Origin: Antedon mediterranea
Lineage: Eukaryota; Animalia; Echinodermata
Direction: 5' to 3'
Assembly: GCF_964355755.1 (NCBI RefSeq)
Contig: NC_092673.1
Location: forward strand, 18,411,648-18,475,647
DNA: 64,000 nt
A program made the position numbers and the translations under genes. The notes below the pieces were generated by a model. The model made no database searches. It saw only the letters and a program-made list of their open reading frames with translations, and was not told the DNA's origin. Below are positions 36,260 to 49,400 of this stretch, piece after piece (the first letter of the stretch is position 1; every line of letters starts with the position of its first letter).

Positions 36260-38999
36260 TTGCATTGGCCTATGATTAATTGTAATACATGTTTTAAACA
36301 AATTCATAGCCAGCAGCCCAAAACTCTCTGTTCACTGTGTAAAATGTACTATCATAATAGATGTATTTATCCGAACCTTGATATAAAAGAAAACTGGTTT
36401 TGCTTTAATTGTACTGGAGAGATATTACCTTTTAACCATTTTGTAGATGACAATGAATTTAAATTTGCTTTGTATTGTTTTGATAACACAATTGACTACA
36501 ATAAAATGTTAAGCTTGAAACTTAACCCGTTCTTGTATGAAGACGCTATCCACTCTGCTATCCACCACGACAACTTAAATATGTCAAATACCGATTATAA
36601 CACTAGCTGTAAATACCTATGTGATTTAACCTGTAAAATAGAGTATCCCAGTGACAATTTTTCTATTTTGCACTTGAACACACGTAGTTTTAACCAGAAT
36701 CAGGAAGGTATAATGCATTTTCTTTCAAATCTTAAACATAATTTCACTATCATTGCCCTCTCTGAAACGTGGTTTAATGTTGAACAAAGTAATTTAATAC
36801 ATATTGAGGATTATACGCTGGTTAACACCCCACGTCGTGACAGAAGAAGTGGAGGAGTGGCTTTATATATTCATAATTCTATTTCTTTTAAAACCCGAGC
36901 AGATCTAAATTTAATTAAAAATAACCTAACTAATAACGATCATTCTGAATCGATATTTGTGGAAATCATTAATCCTGACTCTAAAAATATAATTGTTGGA
37001 AATGTGTACCGCGCACACAGGACAGACACAGACTTATTTATTTCAGATCTTAATGATACCTTATTAAAAGTAACAGAAGAGAACAAGAAATGCTATGTAT
37101 CCGGGGACTTTAATTTTGATTTACTTTGTGTTAATATGAATAAAACAATTAATGACTTTTTAAATATGTTCTACATGAACAATATGTTTCCCCTTATTGA
37201 TAGACCAACACGAATAACGCATAGATCAGCCACTCTTCTTGACAATATCTTTACTAATGTAATCACACATCCTATCCAATCTGGTGTGTTTATATGGGAT
37301 GTTACAGACCATTACCCTGTTTTTCAAATCACAAATTCCCTGAAAGTTAAACACAAAAGTAATATTGGATACACACAATCACGGTCATTTAAACAACAAA
37401 ATATATATCGCTTCATAGACACGATACAAACAACTGAATGGAACAATGTACTTCAAGAACAATCGCCTGAAATAGCATATAATATATTTTCAGACAAGAT
37501 TACAAACACATACAATACATGTTTTCCTATACAATCTAAGCACAAAAAATCTAAATATAATCGCATTCCTCGAAATCCATGGATTACTAAAACCATTATA
37601 AAATCTATAAATCGTAAAAATAAGCTCTATAAAAAGTATATTTCATCGCCAACCTTCACAAATAAAAATAAATTTACTCGCTATCGTAATATACTTACCT
37701 CAATACTCAGAAACGCAAAGTAGTTTCTGATAAAAATATTAAACAACTCATTACGACAGTAAATCAAGAACTAAATAAAGTTTCCTCCTGGCTTAAATCT
37801 AATAAATTATCACTTAATATACTTAAAACAAATTACATTATGTTTAAAAATAAGCATAGTAGACGACAATATCACAATATTCAAATTATGATTGACAATA
37901 CTACTATTTCACAGTCTCTAATACTAAATTTTTAGGTGTAATTATAGATGAAGCACTAACATGGTTTAATCACACAGAATATATATCCAACATTATTTCT
38001 AAATATACTGGCATTTTATTTAGACTAAAACATGCTCTCGCACCGAATATTTTATTTTCTTTATATCGCACATTAGTTCTCCCATACTTATATTATTGTA
38101 ATCTTATTTGGGCAGATGCAAACAACTGCAATTTGAAAACCATTCATTTAAAACAAAAGAAAATAATTAGACTCTGTACAAACTCATCCTGGCTGGCCCA
38201 TACTGCACCCTTATTTTTAAAATTAAAAACTTTAACAATCTATGATATTCATAAATTACAAAAAGCAAATTTTATGTTTAATTTTGTTAATAATAATCTA
38301 CCAAGTAATTTCAATACTTTTTGGGCTAGGGTAAAAGAAACACATTTTCATAATACAAGAACATTAAATGATTTGCGTCCGCATAATTTCAGAACAGACC
38401 TGGGAATGAATACCATTAAACGGCAAGGACCTATATTGTGGAATGATATAAGCAATTTTATTAAGAACCAATGTACCTTAAGTTTATTTAAGAAGAAATT
38501 TATTCACAGTTTATTATCAACGTATCAGTAATATTATGTTATATTATTTAATTAGTAGAGTAACATTATTTAAGTTTACTTAAACAACATACATATATAT
38601 GTGTGTGTATGTAAATCTATTACATTTTTTATCTAAAAGATGATATTCAGATTTTATTACCATGTACTAGTAAAAATAAAAATAACTATATGTAATCTTC
38701 ATGTTAACCTTCTTCAAAAGTAAGTTAAAAATTATCATTTTATGATCAAAAAGAAATATACTATCTAATTTTCTCCTTTATATAAATATATTATTTTATC
38801 CAAGGGGTTGCAAACACAAGTGTTCACATGTCTTGTTATGTATTGCACCTTTGTCTTGTCTTTATGTTGTCTGTAATGTCACTGCACTAACGGGTGACCG
38901 GCTAACAAGCTTCGCTCTTACGGTTATCCATCCATATAAGTTGTTTATCTTATGTTCATAAATTGAAATGGAAAATAAACTGAAACTGAAACTGAAACT
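36260..38999 (+). mobile_element. CR1/L2-group LINE ORF2 (PHD finger plus APE endonuclease), RT core deleted, 3' end intact
   Basis: Cys/His PHD pattern; HLNTRS, ALSETW, GGVALY, SGDFN, LDNIF and TDHYPV endonuclease motifs; PWITK. It then jumps to the post-YADD region (ELNKVSSWLKSNKLSLN, KFLGVIIDE, HTAPLFLKLK). The 3' tail is AATAAA(CTGAAA)3. Confidence 0.9.
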
Positions 39000-41900
39000 T
39001 ATCCTTTTGTAAATGTTACAATAAATACTTGTAAAGAACCAATTAACAACATTTTATGTCAAGTGCAGAGCAGAACCAATAGTTTTTTATGGCTGGATGT
39101 TATTTTTTGTATTGATCATCAACACTGATAAAATCAGTGATGATAAATGTTCAAAATCTACAAATTATATACTGTACATGAATTTTTCCCAAAAAATAAA
39201 ATCATATTCACACCCAATTTATGAAAATAATAATGATTTATATTGCAATGTTAATTGTGAATGTGTTACAAGAGGATTATCTGTTATATAATTGGTATGT
39301 CATTAAAAATATGGTCGGGGGTAAAAGCTAGACCAGTTTTGGCTATATTGGTGGCCAAAACGAGTCCACCACTGCCAAAATCGGTCCACGTTTTTCTTCT
39401 ATCAATTTTATTTAAATTACTAGACTTACGACATGTTTTTTTTTTTTTTTGGCTGGAAAAATATCTAGTTATCTGATAAATACTACAAACAAATTTATTT
39501 TTTCTCTGCCTGGCACACATGGACATGAACATTATTATCAGCTAGATTTTATTTTTAATAAACAATAGATACAGTAGATACTAATACAGGTCCTTTATTT
39601 TCTCAGCCTAATCAATATTGGTATAATTGCTTTATAATTAATGTAAGCCTTCTTTTAAACTGTTTTGAAAGATACTGTACATTATAACCAGTTTTGCGCA
39701 CCATATATTTGTAAGCCTGGACCATATTTGGCAGCCAAAAACAGTCTTAATAACCAGACTGATTTAATCAAGACCAAACCAGTTTTGCTGGTCAAAATTG
39801 TTCCGTCCCGACAGGTTTTGGCAGCCATTGATCCCACAGATCAATGTTGGCATTAAATACCCATTATAGTCATGTTCTTTGGACAAATTAGCTCATGGTT
39901 TTCAAGATATACTTATCACTCCAGATGTGTGTAATAATAAATGTATATTTAATTTGTTGTTATGATTGTGCATTTTTTATCTGTATAATTATTAGATGGC
40001 AATGGTGCTTATATTCAAAATCACCAGTTATTTTTATAGCATTAATCATGTGAAAATAAATATGTAAGTGTGCTGAACTAAGGCTACTGTCAGATCTGCT
40101 GTTATGTGCTCCTGTATATAACACCTTCAGTTTCCAGTAACCTTTGGACCATAAAATACAGGTACACTTTTGTTTGTCATTTAACATTAATATTTACAAT
40201 ACAATTTAGGAAACAACCTCCTAAGAGGAATTTGGATGGGTTCAGAAATGGTAACTTGTAATAGGTGAATACATAATATAATTTAGTAAATAAATAATAT
40301 GTTGGTATTAAATGGTGTGTGCTTAGCTTTTGTTAACTGTGTGTAGGGCCTATTGCTCTTATTGATTGTAGAATCAACTTGACTGGAAAATGTCCAGATG
40401 TTTGTATGTTAATATGAAAAACTCACAGTGTATAATTCTATTAAATAGGGTGACATGCAAGATTGATTGGCAAGTGATGTGACACAGAGAACTCAGCAAA
40501 AAGGGTGTTGGCACTTTGCATAACAATAAACACCTCCTAGGCTGGTAGCGTCCTTTGATGTCTGTTCAGTCAGACTGGAGCAGGCAATGAAGGATCATTT
40601 CCATGTATAACCTAGAAGGGTAATTTTATGTTTACCAACAATTCTGTTGTTCAGATTCTGTTGTAGTGTGAGTTTTTATATTATTTAATTTGGCTTATAG
40701 AATTACACCAGTACAATATACTGTAATACTTTGTTGTTGGTGGTAGAGATGGGATTTTTACCATTTTTTTCAGAGAAATTGTTTGTATTTTAAGTAACTA
40801 ATTTGGTACTACTTTATGCTACTAAGTGTGTCTGTGCCATTTGATTGGCTGACTTCATACTACAATCCATGCATTACCAATTTAAATGACTAAGGTAATA
40901 TTGCACTATTAACTTTTTAAAAACATTTTGAGAATTTAGGGTGAACTAAGCTCGTAAATGTGAATTTTCTTAAAGCCTATTCAACTAGGCGCTGCCTCAT
41001 TGAATAGAACAGTAATTTTTATAACACTCATGAAACTAAATAAAAACAAATAAGTAAATTTAATATGCAACTGTTGGCAAAACTGTGCTGTCTGTCATGC
41101 AAATTAATAGACGATGGCATCATCCATCTGCTAAAAACTCGCTAATGTACATTGGTTATACTCTATGCAAGCTTTAGTTGTGTTCTTGATTGACTACAGT
41201 GTACTTTTTTTTTTATTCAATTTATTACACAGAGGCACCTCACAAGGTGGAACCACCTTAGCATCAAGGCGCCTCAGACAACAAATACAACATTTTAAAA
41301 CAAAAAACTAACCGAAACATCAATCAAATCTTTCAGAATTAACAAGAAATTGTTGTACATAATAAAACAATAAAGCAATAAAGCATTTGCACAATTCGAA
41401 AGAAGATCTGATCCAAAAACAAAAATTTCACTTCAAAATTTAAAATTATACGTTAAAGAAAAATCCTTGGCTAAGATATCCTCAATGTGTACTTTGTTTG
41501 CATTTGTTGGAAAATTTATTGAATTGAAAAGTAGAGAGTTATTGCAAACATTTCCTTTCAAAACCATGACAAATGCATCCTTTTATTTTCTCACCCTGTT
41601 ATTGTGTGATTCAATGGAATTGTTTTTATTGTTTGTTTTATTGCAAGCTTTCTTGATTTGTATTCATCATAAATGTTTGTGTTTCACCAATTTGTTTGTG
41701 TTTTTAAAAACTAGGGCAGTTTTTGTATTGTCATTTTCAGGTCAATGATTCGTACCATAAAATAATAGTACAAATTCTGTTTAACAGAAACATTTGAAAG
41801 TCAATGTAAAACCTGTGATTGTTATGCATTATTTATATATGATATTATTGTAGTCAATGCGGTAAAATGCAGTTTGGAAGGCATATAGTCAAGTAAAAAA

Positions 41901-43436
41901 TCACCCTCACTGTGGCATAAGCTTGTAGGCTACCCTAATGAAATTCACACAGTATGTTCAGAATATTTTTGAAAGATCATTTCTTGATTTTGCGTTGTGC
42001 CAAATCTGGGATTGAGCGAGAAAATGAGAGTTTTATACAAAATTTTTACCTACAGTACCTCATGTCGTAATTTGTTTACTGCGAATGCGACGAAGTATGA
42101 CCGAAATTACGATACACCATTCGTTCGTTTCTATTTCACATTGCATCACACTTGATAAGTTGTTACAGATTAATTCAAAGTATTAAATAAAAGATGCAAA
42201 GCCTGGAATAGAGCTTTAAGCCTGGTTTCACCAGAACAAAATAAACTAATAATTCTATCAAATACAAATAAACAATGCTTAATCTTAACTTAAGATCAGA
42301 AAAATATATTTTAAAAAAAATGTATACAATTACGCTACCGTTAGCGCCCGTAAACAAATATATTAATAAAGCTATGAAACCTATGGTAATTAACTGTTTA
42401 TAGCATAAATTTAAGTATAGTTTACAATAAAATATAATATAATGAAATACATAACATATAAAGATATCCAAATATAAACTATAAAATTTACAGATACGTG
42501 TTTAAAAATGTCGAAATAAAAATTTTATTTATTTATTTATTCAGGTATATAAAAAACTTTACAAAAAGCAGAACAAGTCTGAAATTATTGTAGTACATAT
42601 AACAGCTAAACATTACAGAAAAAACAGATCCGTAAAATGAAGTATGCCCTCATTCGTCATACTTTTATCAAACTTGTGAATTTTTAGTTATAATACGGAA
42701 CACATACAATTTGTTAGTTATTGCCTCTTTTCTATTTTATATCCATTTTTTTAATCATAGAAAATAATGTTTTTCTATCTTCTAACACATCCAACATCTA
42801 GTATACCATTATGATGGATTTTAGTTGCGTGCAACAGCTCACTATGTAGGTTGGTTGGTTGGTAAACCCTAACTTGAGCACGCGTCTGCAGCCATGTACT
42901 GTATATGGCCTTGTTTAGTGGCATACTGCATATGACCTGTAATGATCTCCTGGTCTGGTTTTATTCTGAACATTCTTTTTTCTTCAACAGCATTATTGCC
43001 TGGATATCAGAGTGCATTGCATATTTTAAACTATCATTCAGAAAATATTTTCTGATTCAGACAAATCCCAAACTTTCGGTGGTACGCTCTTAATGTTTGA
43101 AAAAGTAAAGGTAGCATCTATCATAGAAGCAAAATGGATTATGCTCATTTAAATTATGGTTTTCTTCTTACTGTAATTGACATTGACCAATCTCGAATAC
43201 AGGAATATAAACACAGGTACATGAATTAAATGTCCACTACCCACAATAGAAGTGGAAAATAACCTTAGTAAATACTATTCTGACAAATAACTTTAGTTTA
43301 AAAGAATTCTGCCTACTTACAAATTCATAAACATGTTTAATGATTCTTCCTCTTTGGTTATATTATGTTACACAAAAACATGGAAATTAATCTAATGCAA
43401 TTTATTCTTTACAGATGACAGCGTAAATAAAGTGAA

Positions 43437-46400
43437 ATGGCAGATTCACAAGGTAATGCTCAGATGATTATAAAATTCAAATCAAAATCAGACTTCCATT
43501 CATAAAATTAATGATATAGAATTCTATTAAGTCGGTTTTATAGTCTTGGTACTAAAGAAGAAATGAGTATTATAAAATAGTTGACGATTTAATTGATAAT
43601 TGATAAATAATTTTGAAAATTAAAGGAGTAACAAAATACAAAATTGGCTACCAAATAAATGTCATTCTTAGGTCATTGAATATTAATGATAGGATAATCT
43701 TGAAGATCATTGCATTCACCATTTTAGCCTAATTTGGTACATTTTTTATTATTTTAATTAATAAAAGAAAATAAAACAAATCTATTTAAATCAGTGCATA
43801 TAACCTATAATTCGTCATAGTGACGAACTAAATCTGGTTTTATTTGAGTTACTGAAAAATATACTTTGAAATCTTATTTAATCAGTTGAAAATGATCCAT
43901 CTGCTATTGTTGCTCGTGGTACAGATGTTAAGAAAGCATACAATGAAGCCTTGACAGGGGGATCCGTCAAAGTCAATCTTGGAACGTTTAAAGTGATTGG
44001 ACAGGAAGGAGTAGGTAAAACATGCCTCATAAAAGCCTTACTTGGAAAGGAGTAAGTACTATTTAAGTACAGGAAAATTAACATAAAGAAAGTTAACTAA
44101 AGAATACAAACTAGCCATTTTCTTTCATTTCACAGGAGAAGATCTTGGATATTTTAAATGGAACATATAATATTGATAGTCTGTCATGTCATGATATCAA
44201 AAAGTTCATAATTTTATCTTAACTGTTAAAAGGGGGAGTGCACACCCCTAGTCCCTCCCCCTTGTTTCTGCACCTGTTTCAATAAACCACTTGTATTAAA
44301 GTGTCACAATTTGAATACTGATTTCAAATAATAATAATACAGTAATAATATTTATTCGGCAAAAGTTCTTAAAAGTACGTTTTACATTTCATCTTGCCAG
44401 GAGCAAGTAATTGGCATGAGCCCAAGCCGAAAACTGCTGTTACTCCATCAATGATTTTCACTTCAGATTTAACACCAAACATGATGTTACAGATGGAATA
44501 GCACTGATAAGAACTGTAAGCACAAAATGGACAGAAGATTATGACGATAGTGGTAAACATGAATATATTTACATTATTATTATCATTATAAACACTGACA
44601 GCATAAGTGAATAAAGATCTCACAGTAAAACAGTATACTACTTATTGAAACATAAATTGAAAATAGTTTTGGATATTAATTTGCATATTAGCATTAGATT
44701 AACCTGAATAATGTACATAGAGACTGATTGTCAACCATCTAATTTTTTAAATTTCATTTCTTATGCATACTTTGTTACATTGATTGGTGAATGAACAAAA
44801 TTGGTGAAATGTTTTAAATATTATAGATATTTATTAATATTTAACTATTAAAAATCTATTGTCCCTAATTCCCAAAAAAATAAAAATTTTGAAAAAAAGC
44901 GGGTCATTTTGAAGTACTTTCACCAAAAATTAGTCGAAAAAAAAATCATTTAACTGAAATACAGACGGTTTTTTGTTCAAAAAATAACTTTGACTTCCAG
45001 TCAAAGTTTTTGATCAAAACATATCTCATTATGCAACGCGCTTGTTTGGCTACTCTGTATGCATAATCATAAAACTTCCTCGCGATCTGTGTGAAAACAC
45101 CTTCTCAACCGTGACAAGTTGTAAACAATCCTAATTAGCATCATGCATAATGCATACTCATGGTTTGAAATCTTTGTTTCGCTGGCGACGATTTTCCAGA
45201 CTAAATGTAATCAAATAAATTCACCTGTTAATTACGTAAACTTGTTGTTTTTGGCTCGAATTTTCGACTTGAAGTGAATAACTTTAATATTACTTTGATA
45301 TGGCCAATTTAAATTTAGAATATTTTGATTTGTGTTTCAAGGGACAATACATCTTTAATAAAACCAATATGATTATATTTTTCTACAGGTAATCCTTCAA
45401 AACAGTATACAAAAATGGTCGCTGATAAACTGAGAGAAATGGTAAGTTCATTTAAATAGTGCCTAGATGACAATTCTAATACTGCTAAATTATATAAGTC
45501 TTAAACCAAACAGCATTGAATGATTAGAATTATGTAGACAATGCTTAATATCTTGTTTTTTTCTTGTGCCAGGTTGACAAGGAATCTCTAGCAGAAGGTA
45601 GGCCTATGGAATTCCTTTAAATTTAGTTTCTTGTCAATAATACTTGAAGATAAGAATATCTAAGAATTTTAATGTATTAATGTTATGCTGCTGCACAACT
45701 TGTTTTAAACATTTGCAGTTCTAAGAGACATAAATTAACGTTTTTATATTAGCTGAGTTTGAGTAAAGTTTAATTCCCTTGCTGGTAAAGTTCTCGTTTC
45801 AGTTTAGCCTTATAATTCCTGTGATTTAATGTTCTGCTCTAATAGACAATTTTGTTTTGTAATAATAAAACTTTCAGTTACTATTATAATTTGTATTACT
45901 GTATTTTGTAACTAGAATAATACCAATTATTTACAAAAATTATAATTTTTCTCATAAGTTATTGACAATGCACAACCATTTAGAATAATCTGATATTTAA
46001 AAAATGTATTTTCCCAATCTAAAGTAGCTAAAGAAACATAAAAACTCCATTGTGGTTATTTAATCAATTAACCAATCTGTATAACACTTTTATAAATCTA
46101 CTATGACACTGATATTGACTTTAATGATAAAAATAAAATATTGATTACTACTACAAAAATGACAACAACAGTGATGATAATGAATACAACAATGATAATG
46201 AGATCAATGGAAATGATTAGAATGATAACTGATGAGCAATGATGATAATAATAATGATGATAATATTAATGATGCTATACATTTTAAGTGTTGAGTGTGA
46301 CCAAAATAAATATTTCACTGCAGGTACTGAAGCTATTCCATTTGATACAGAACAGCAGTTAGATAAAGATGTAATTCAGGCTATTGAGGAAAATAAGGAG

Positions 46401-49400
46401 GAAACCTTGAAAGACACGTTTAACATCTGGGATCATGGGGGACAATTGATGTACCATGGTCTACAGCGTGTAAGTTATGATTGTATTTGCTTTGAATAAA
46501 GTCCATAGACATATAGTATTCTTCTATTCTTCAATATAATAACAACATTGATTATTTACACAGTGCTCAAATAAAGGTTGTAAGTCCATAGACATTTTAT
46601 TCTTCTATTCTTCAATATAATAACAACATTGATTATTTACACAGTGCTTAAATAAAGGTTGTAAGTCCATAGACATTTTATTCTTCTATTCTTCAATATA
46701 ATAACAACATTGATTATTTACACAGTGCTCAAATAAAGGTTGTAAGTCCATAGACATTTTATTCTTCTATTCTTCAATATAATAACAACATTGATTATTT
46801 ACACAGTGCTTAAAAACTTATTTTACAATTTGTTAAAAATATTTATTTAATACACTATTAATTTTTAATAGAGAACAATTACACTTGACAAAAAGATCTC
46901 AATGTTTGAGTATTGACGTTTTATCTGAGAAACTTCCTTTTAGGGACCAATTACAGAGGGAAATAATATTTGTACATATTTCTTTTTTCCTAGATGTTCA
47001 TGACATCGGAAGCCCTTTATATCGTAGTGTTTGATCTCAGTGTGAACCTTCAGGATCGTGCTATCTTCAGTGCTTCAAATGGAGTAAGTATTTAAAGACA
47101 ATGTAAGGTAAAGGTATTTGTGATTAAAAAATACCTACCAGATGAGTGAGACGATTAAGAAAAACATATAATAATTATTTTATTTTAATCAAATAAAGAT
47201 ATAAAGTGTAGTGTCTTTTTTTTCCAGGTTAAACGTGAAAATCATTGTACCAATCTCCAGTTCATATTATCTTACATCCAGACAGTTGATTCTCATAGTC
47301 GTATTGTGAGAAAAAACAAAGAAAAGGGAGTTCACGAACCAACTATCCTTATTGTGGGTACACATAAGGGTAAGCTTGGTAAGACTGAAGAAGAACAAAA
47401 TGTTGAGGTTAATACTTCCATTATTAAAATTAATCAATCAATTTCTGTTCTAAAAGCTAATGTAAAGTAACTATGACTACTAGAATACTGTATCGAATAC
47501 ATTTTTATCAGAAATTCTCATATGAATGTATTTAATACAATAGTCTTGTAGTCTGTGAAGTATTTATATATCATTTAAAAAACATGTTTTCATTTTTTTA
47601 AATTGTTTACAACCAGGCAAAGAAGGCCTTTAAACAGATTCGAGATGCACTTAAACATAAAGTGTATGAAAAACATGTCTACCACCAATATTTTGCCATT
47701 GAAAACAGCCAACCAACTACAGATAAGAGCTTTAGTGATCTCAAACAAGTTATTGATACACTTATGAAAGCATTAGAACAGCCTTTTCCTTTAAAGTGGA
47801 TGCGTTTTCGATGTGATCTACATGATCTAAGGAGGAAAAAACATTTTTCTTTGTGTCCAGTTAAAGAGGTGAGTTTAATCATCATTTGACTCGTTGACTG
47901 AGGTAAATTTAATTGGCATCATTCCTGAGTGTTTTGTTTTCAGATTAGAAATATGTTGGAAATAATAATATTTAAAAAAGTATAAACAAAAAACTCCACT
48001 CACTATTATATATTACTATATATATATAACTACTATATAATAATAGGGACCACAGTGGAAATAAGTTGCTTTTTGTACTTTTCTGTGTTTTTATCCTTGT
48101 TTGATCCACTTGATCAACAAAATGAATAAATAAAATATTAAAATTATTTAAAATTGAAAACTGATTTTTAAAATGGTTTTTGTCATTCATTCATTCAGTT
48201 TGTCATATAGAGATAGCAATATTTTTGTCATATTTTACATCTTGCTCTAAATCTAAATGGTAAAATAAATGTTAATGTGATAATCCTATCCATGCTGGTA
48301 TGGTTTCCTATCTGAAAAAATCATAAGAGCATCACATCGGCCTAGTATTTTTTATGGAATATTTGTCGCAAGATTGACAAGGCATTCTGTGAGAAAAATC
48401 GCAGTATACGTTTCCCCCATCCTGAGAGTGACATTTTCCTTCAGATCCAACATTATGCAGTAAATGTTATCAATTAAACAAACAAATTTCTTTTGTACTT
48501 CAAACCATTTCAGGCTGTAAAGGACAAAACTAATATTATAAATGTATACCTACCTATGGTTTCATATTTCTTATATTTTATTTGTATCTGAATAGTAAAC
48601 AATTTCTTTCTTTAGCTCAAAATGCTGGCAAGTAAGAATGGTATTGCAGATGAAAAACAACAATCCTTTCTTCTTAACTTTTTGTACGATCTTGGTGAAA
48701 TTGTTTACAGGCCTGACAGCAAATTATTGAAAGATAAAGCGGTGTTGGATCCGATGCGGCTAGTGGAAATTGTCACTGCTTTTGTAACAGTCATTCCACC
48801 AGAATTTCAAGTAAGTAGGTTCATAAAAATGTTAATTCAGTGTTCCTTGGGGAATTAATAGAGGTATATGTGAATTTCTATAGGCACTGTAGTATCAAAA
48901 GCAATGTCTGACAGTTACATTTAGTGGTAAATTGTATATTAGATGTGTAATGGACTAAACTATGTCATTTCATCTCTAAGTATTTATCCATATTCTGGTA
49001 TTTTTTCTCAACATAATTTCTGCATCCCCTTCAGATTCTAACACAAAATTATAAGTATGCCTAGTTAGTGGTGTTTTTTTTAGCTTCCTATGTTTAGGAT
49101 GGCTTTTGATAATCTTGACAAAGGCATACTGGAGGAAGACTTATTGCGTGAATTATGGAAAGAGCGTAAAGTTGACGAAGGAAAGAATTTTGAGTTCCTT
49201 GTCGCACTGATGATTCAATTAGGTTTCATTTGCAAGAAAGAGACCACCAGCAGCCATGTGACATCTACAGTAGGTTTTGTTAAATTATCTTTTCTAACAT
49301 GTTTTGCATTTAATATTATGTATAAAAAATGGTTTTTAGTATGATAAACACACTCATTTCATTAGTGAAATTTTACATAAAATTTAAAAACATTTTTAGG

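Noticed and set aside
40210-40250. Possible upstream coding exon of the Roco gene
   Set aside because: The splice sites are plausible, but it does not join the ROC frame through 43415; at most a 5' UTR exon, and unsupported.
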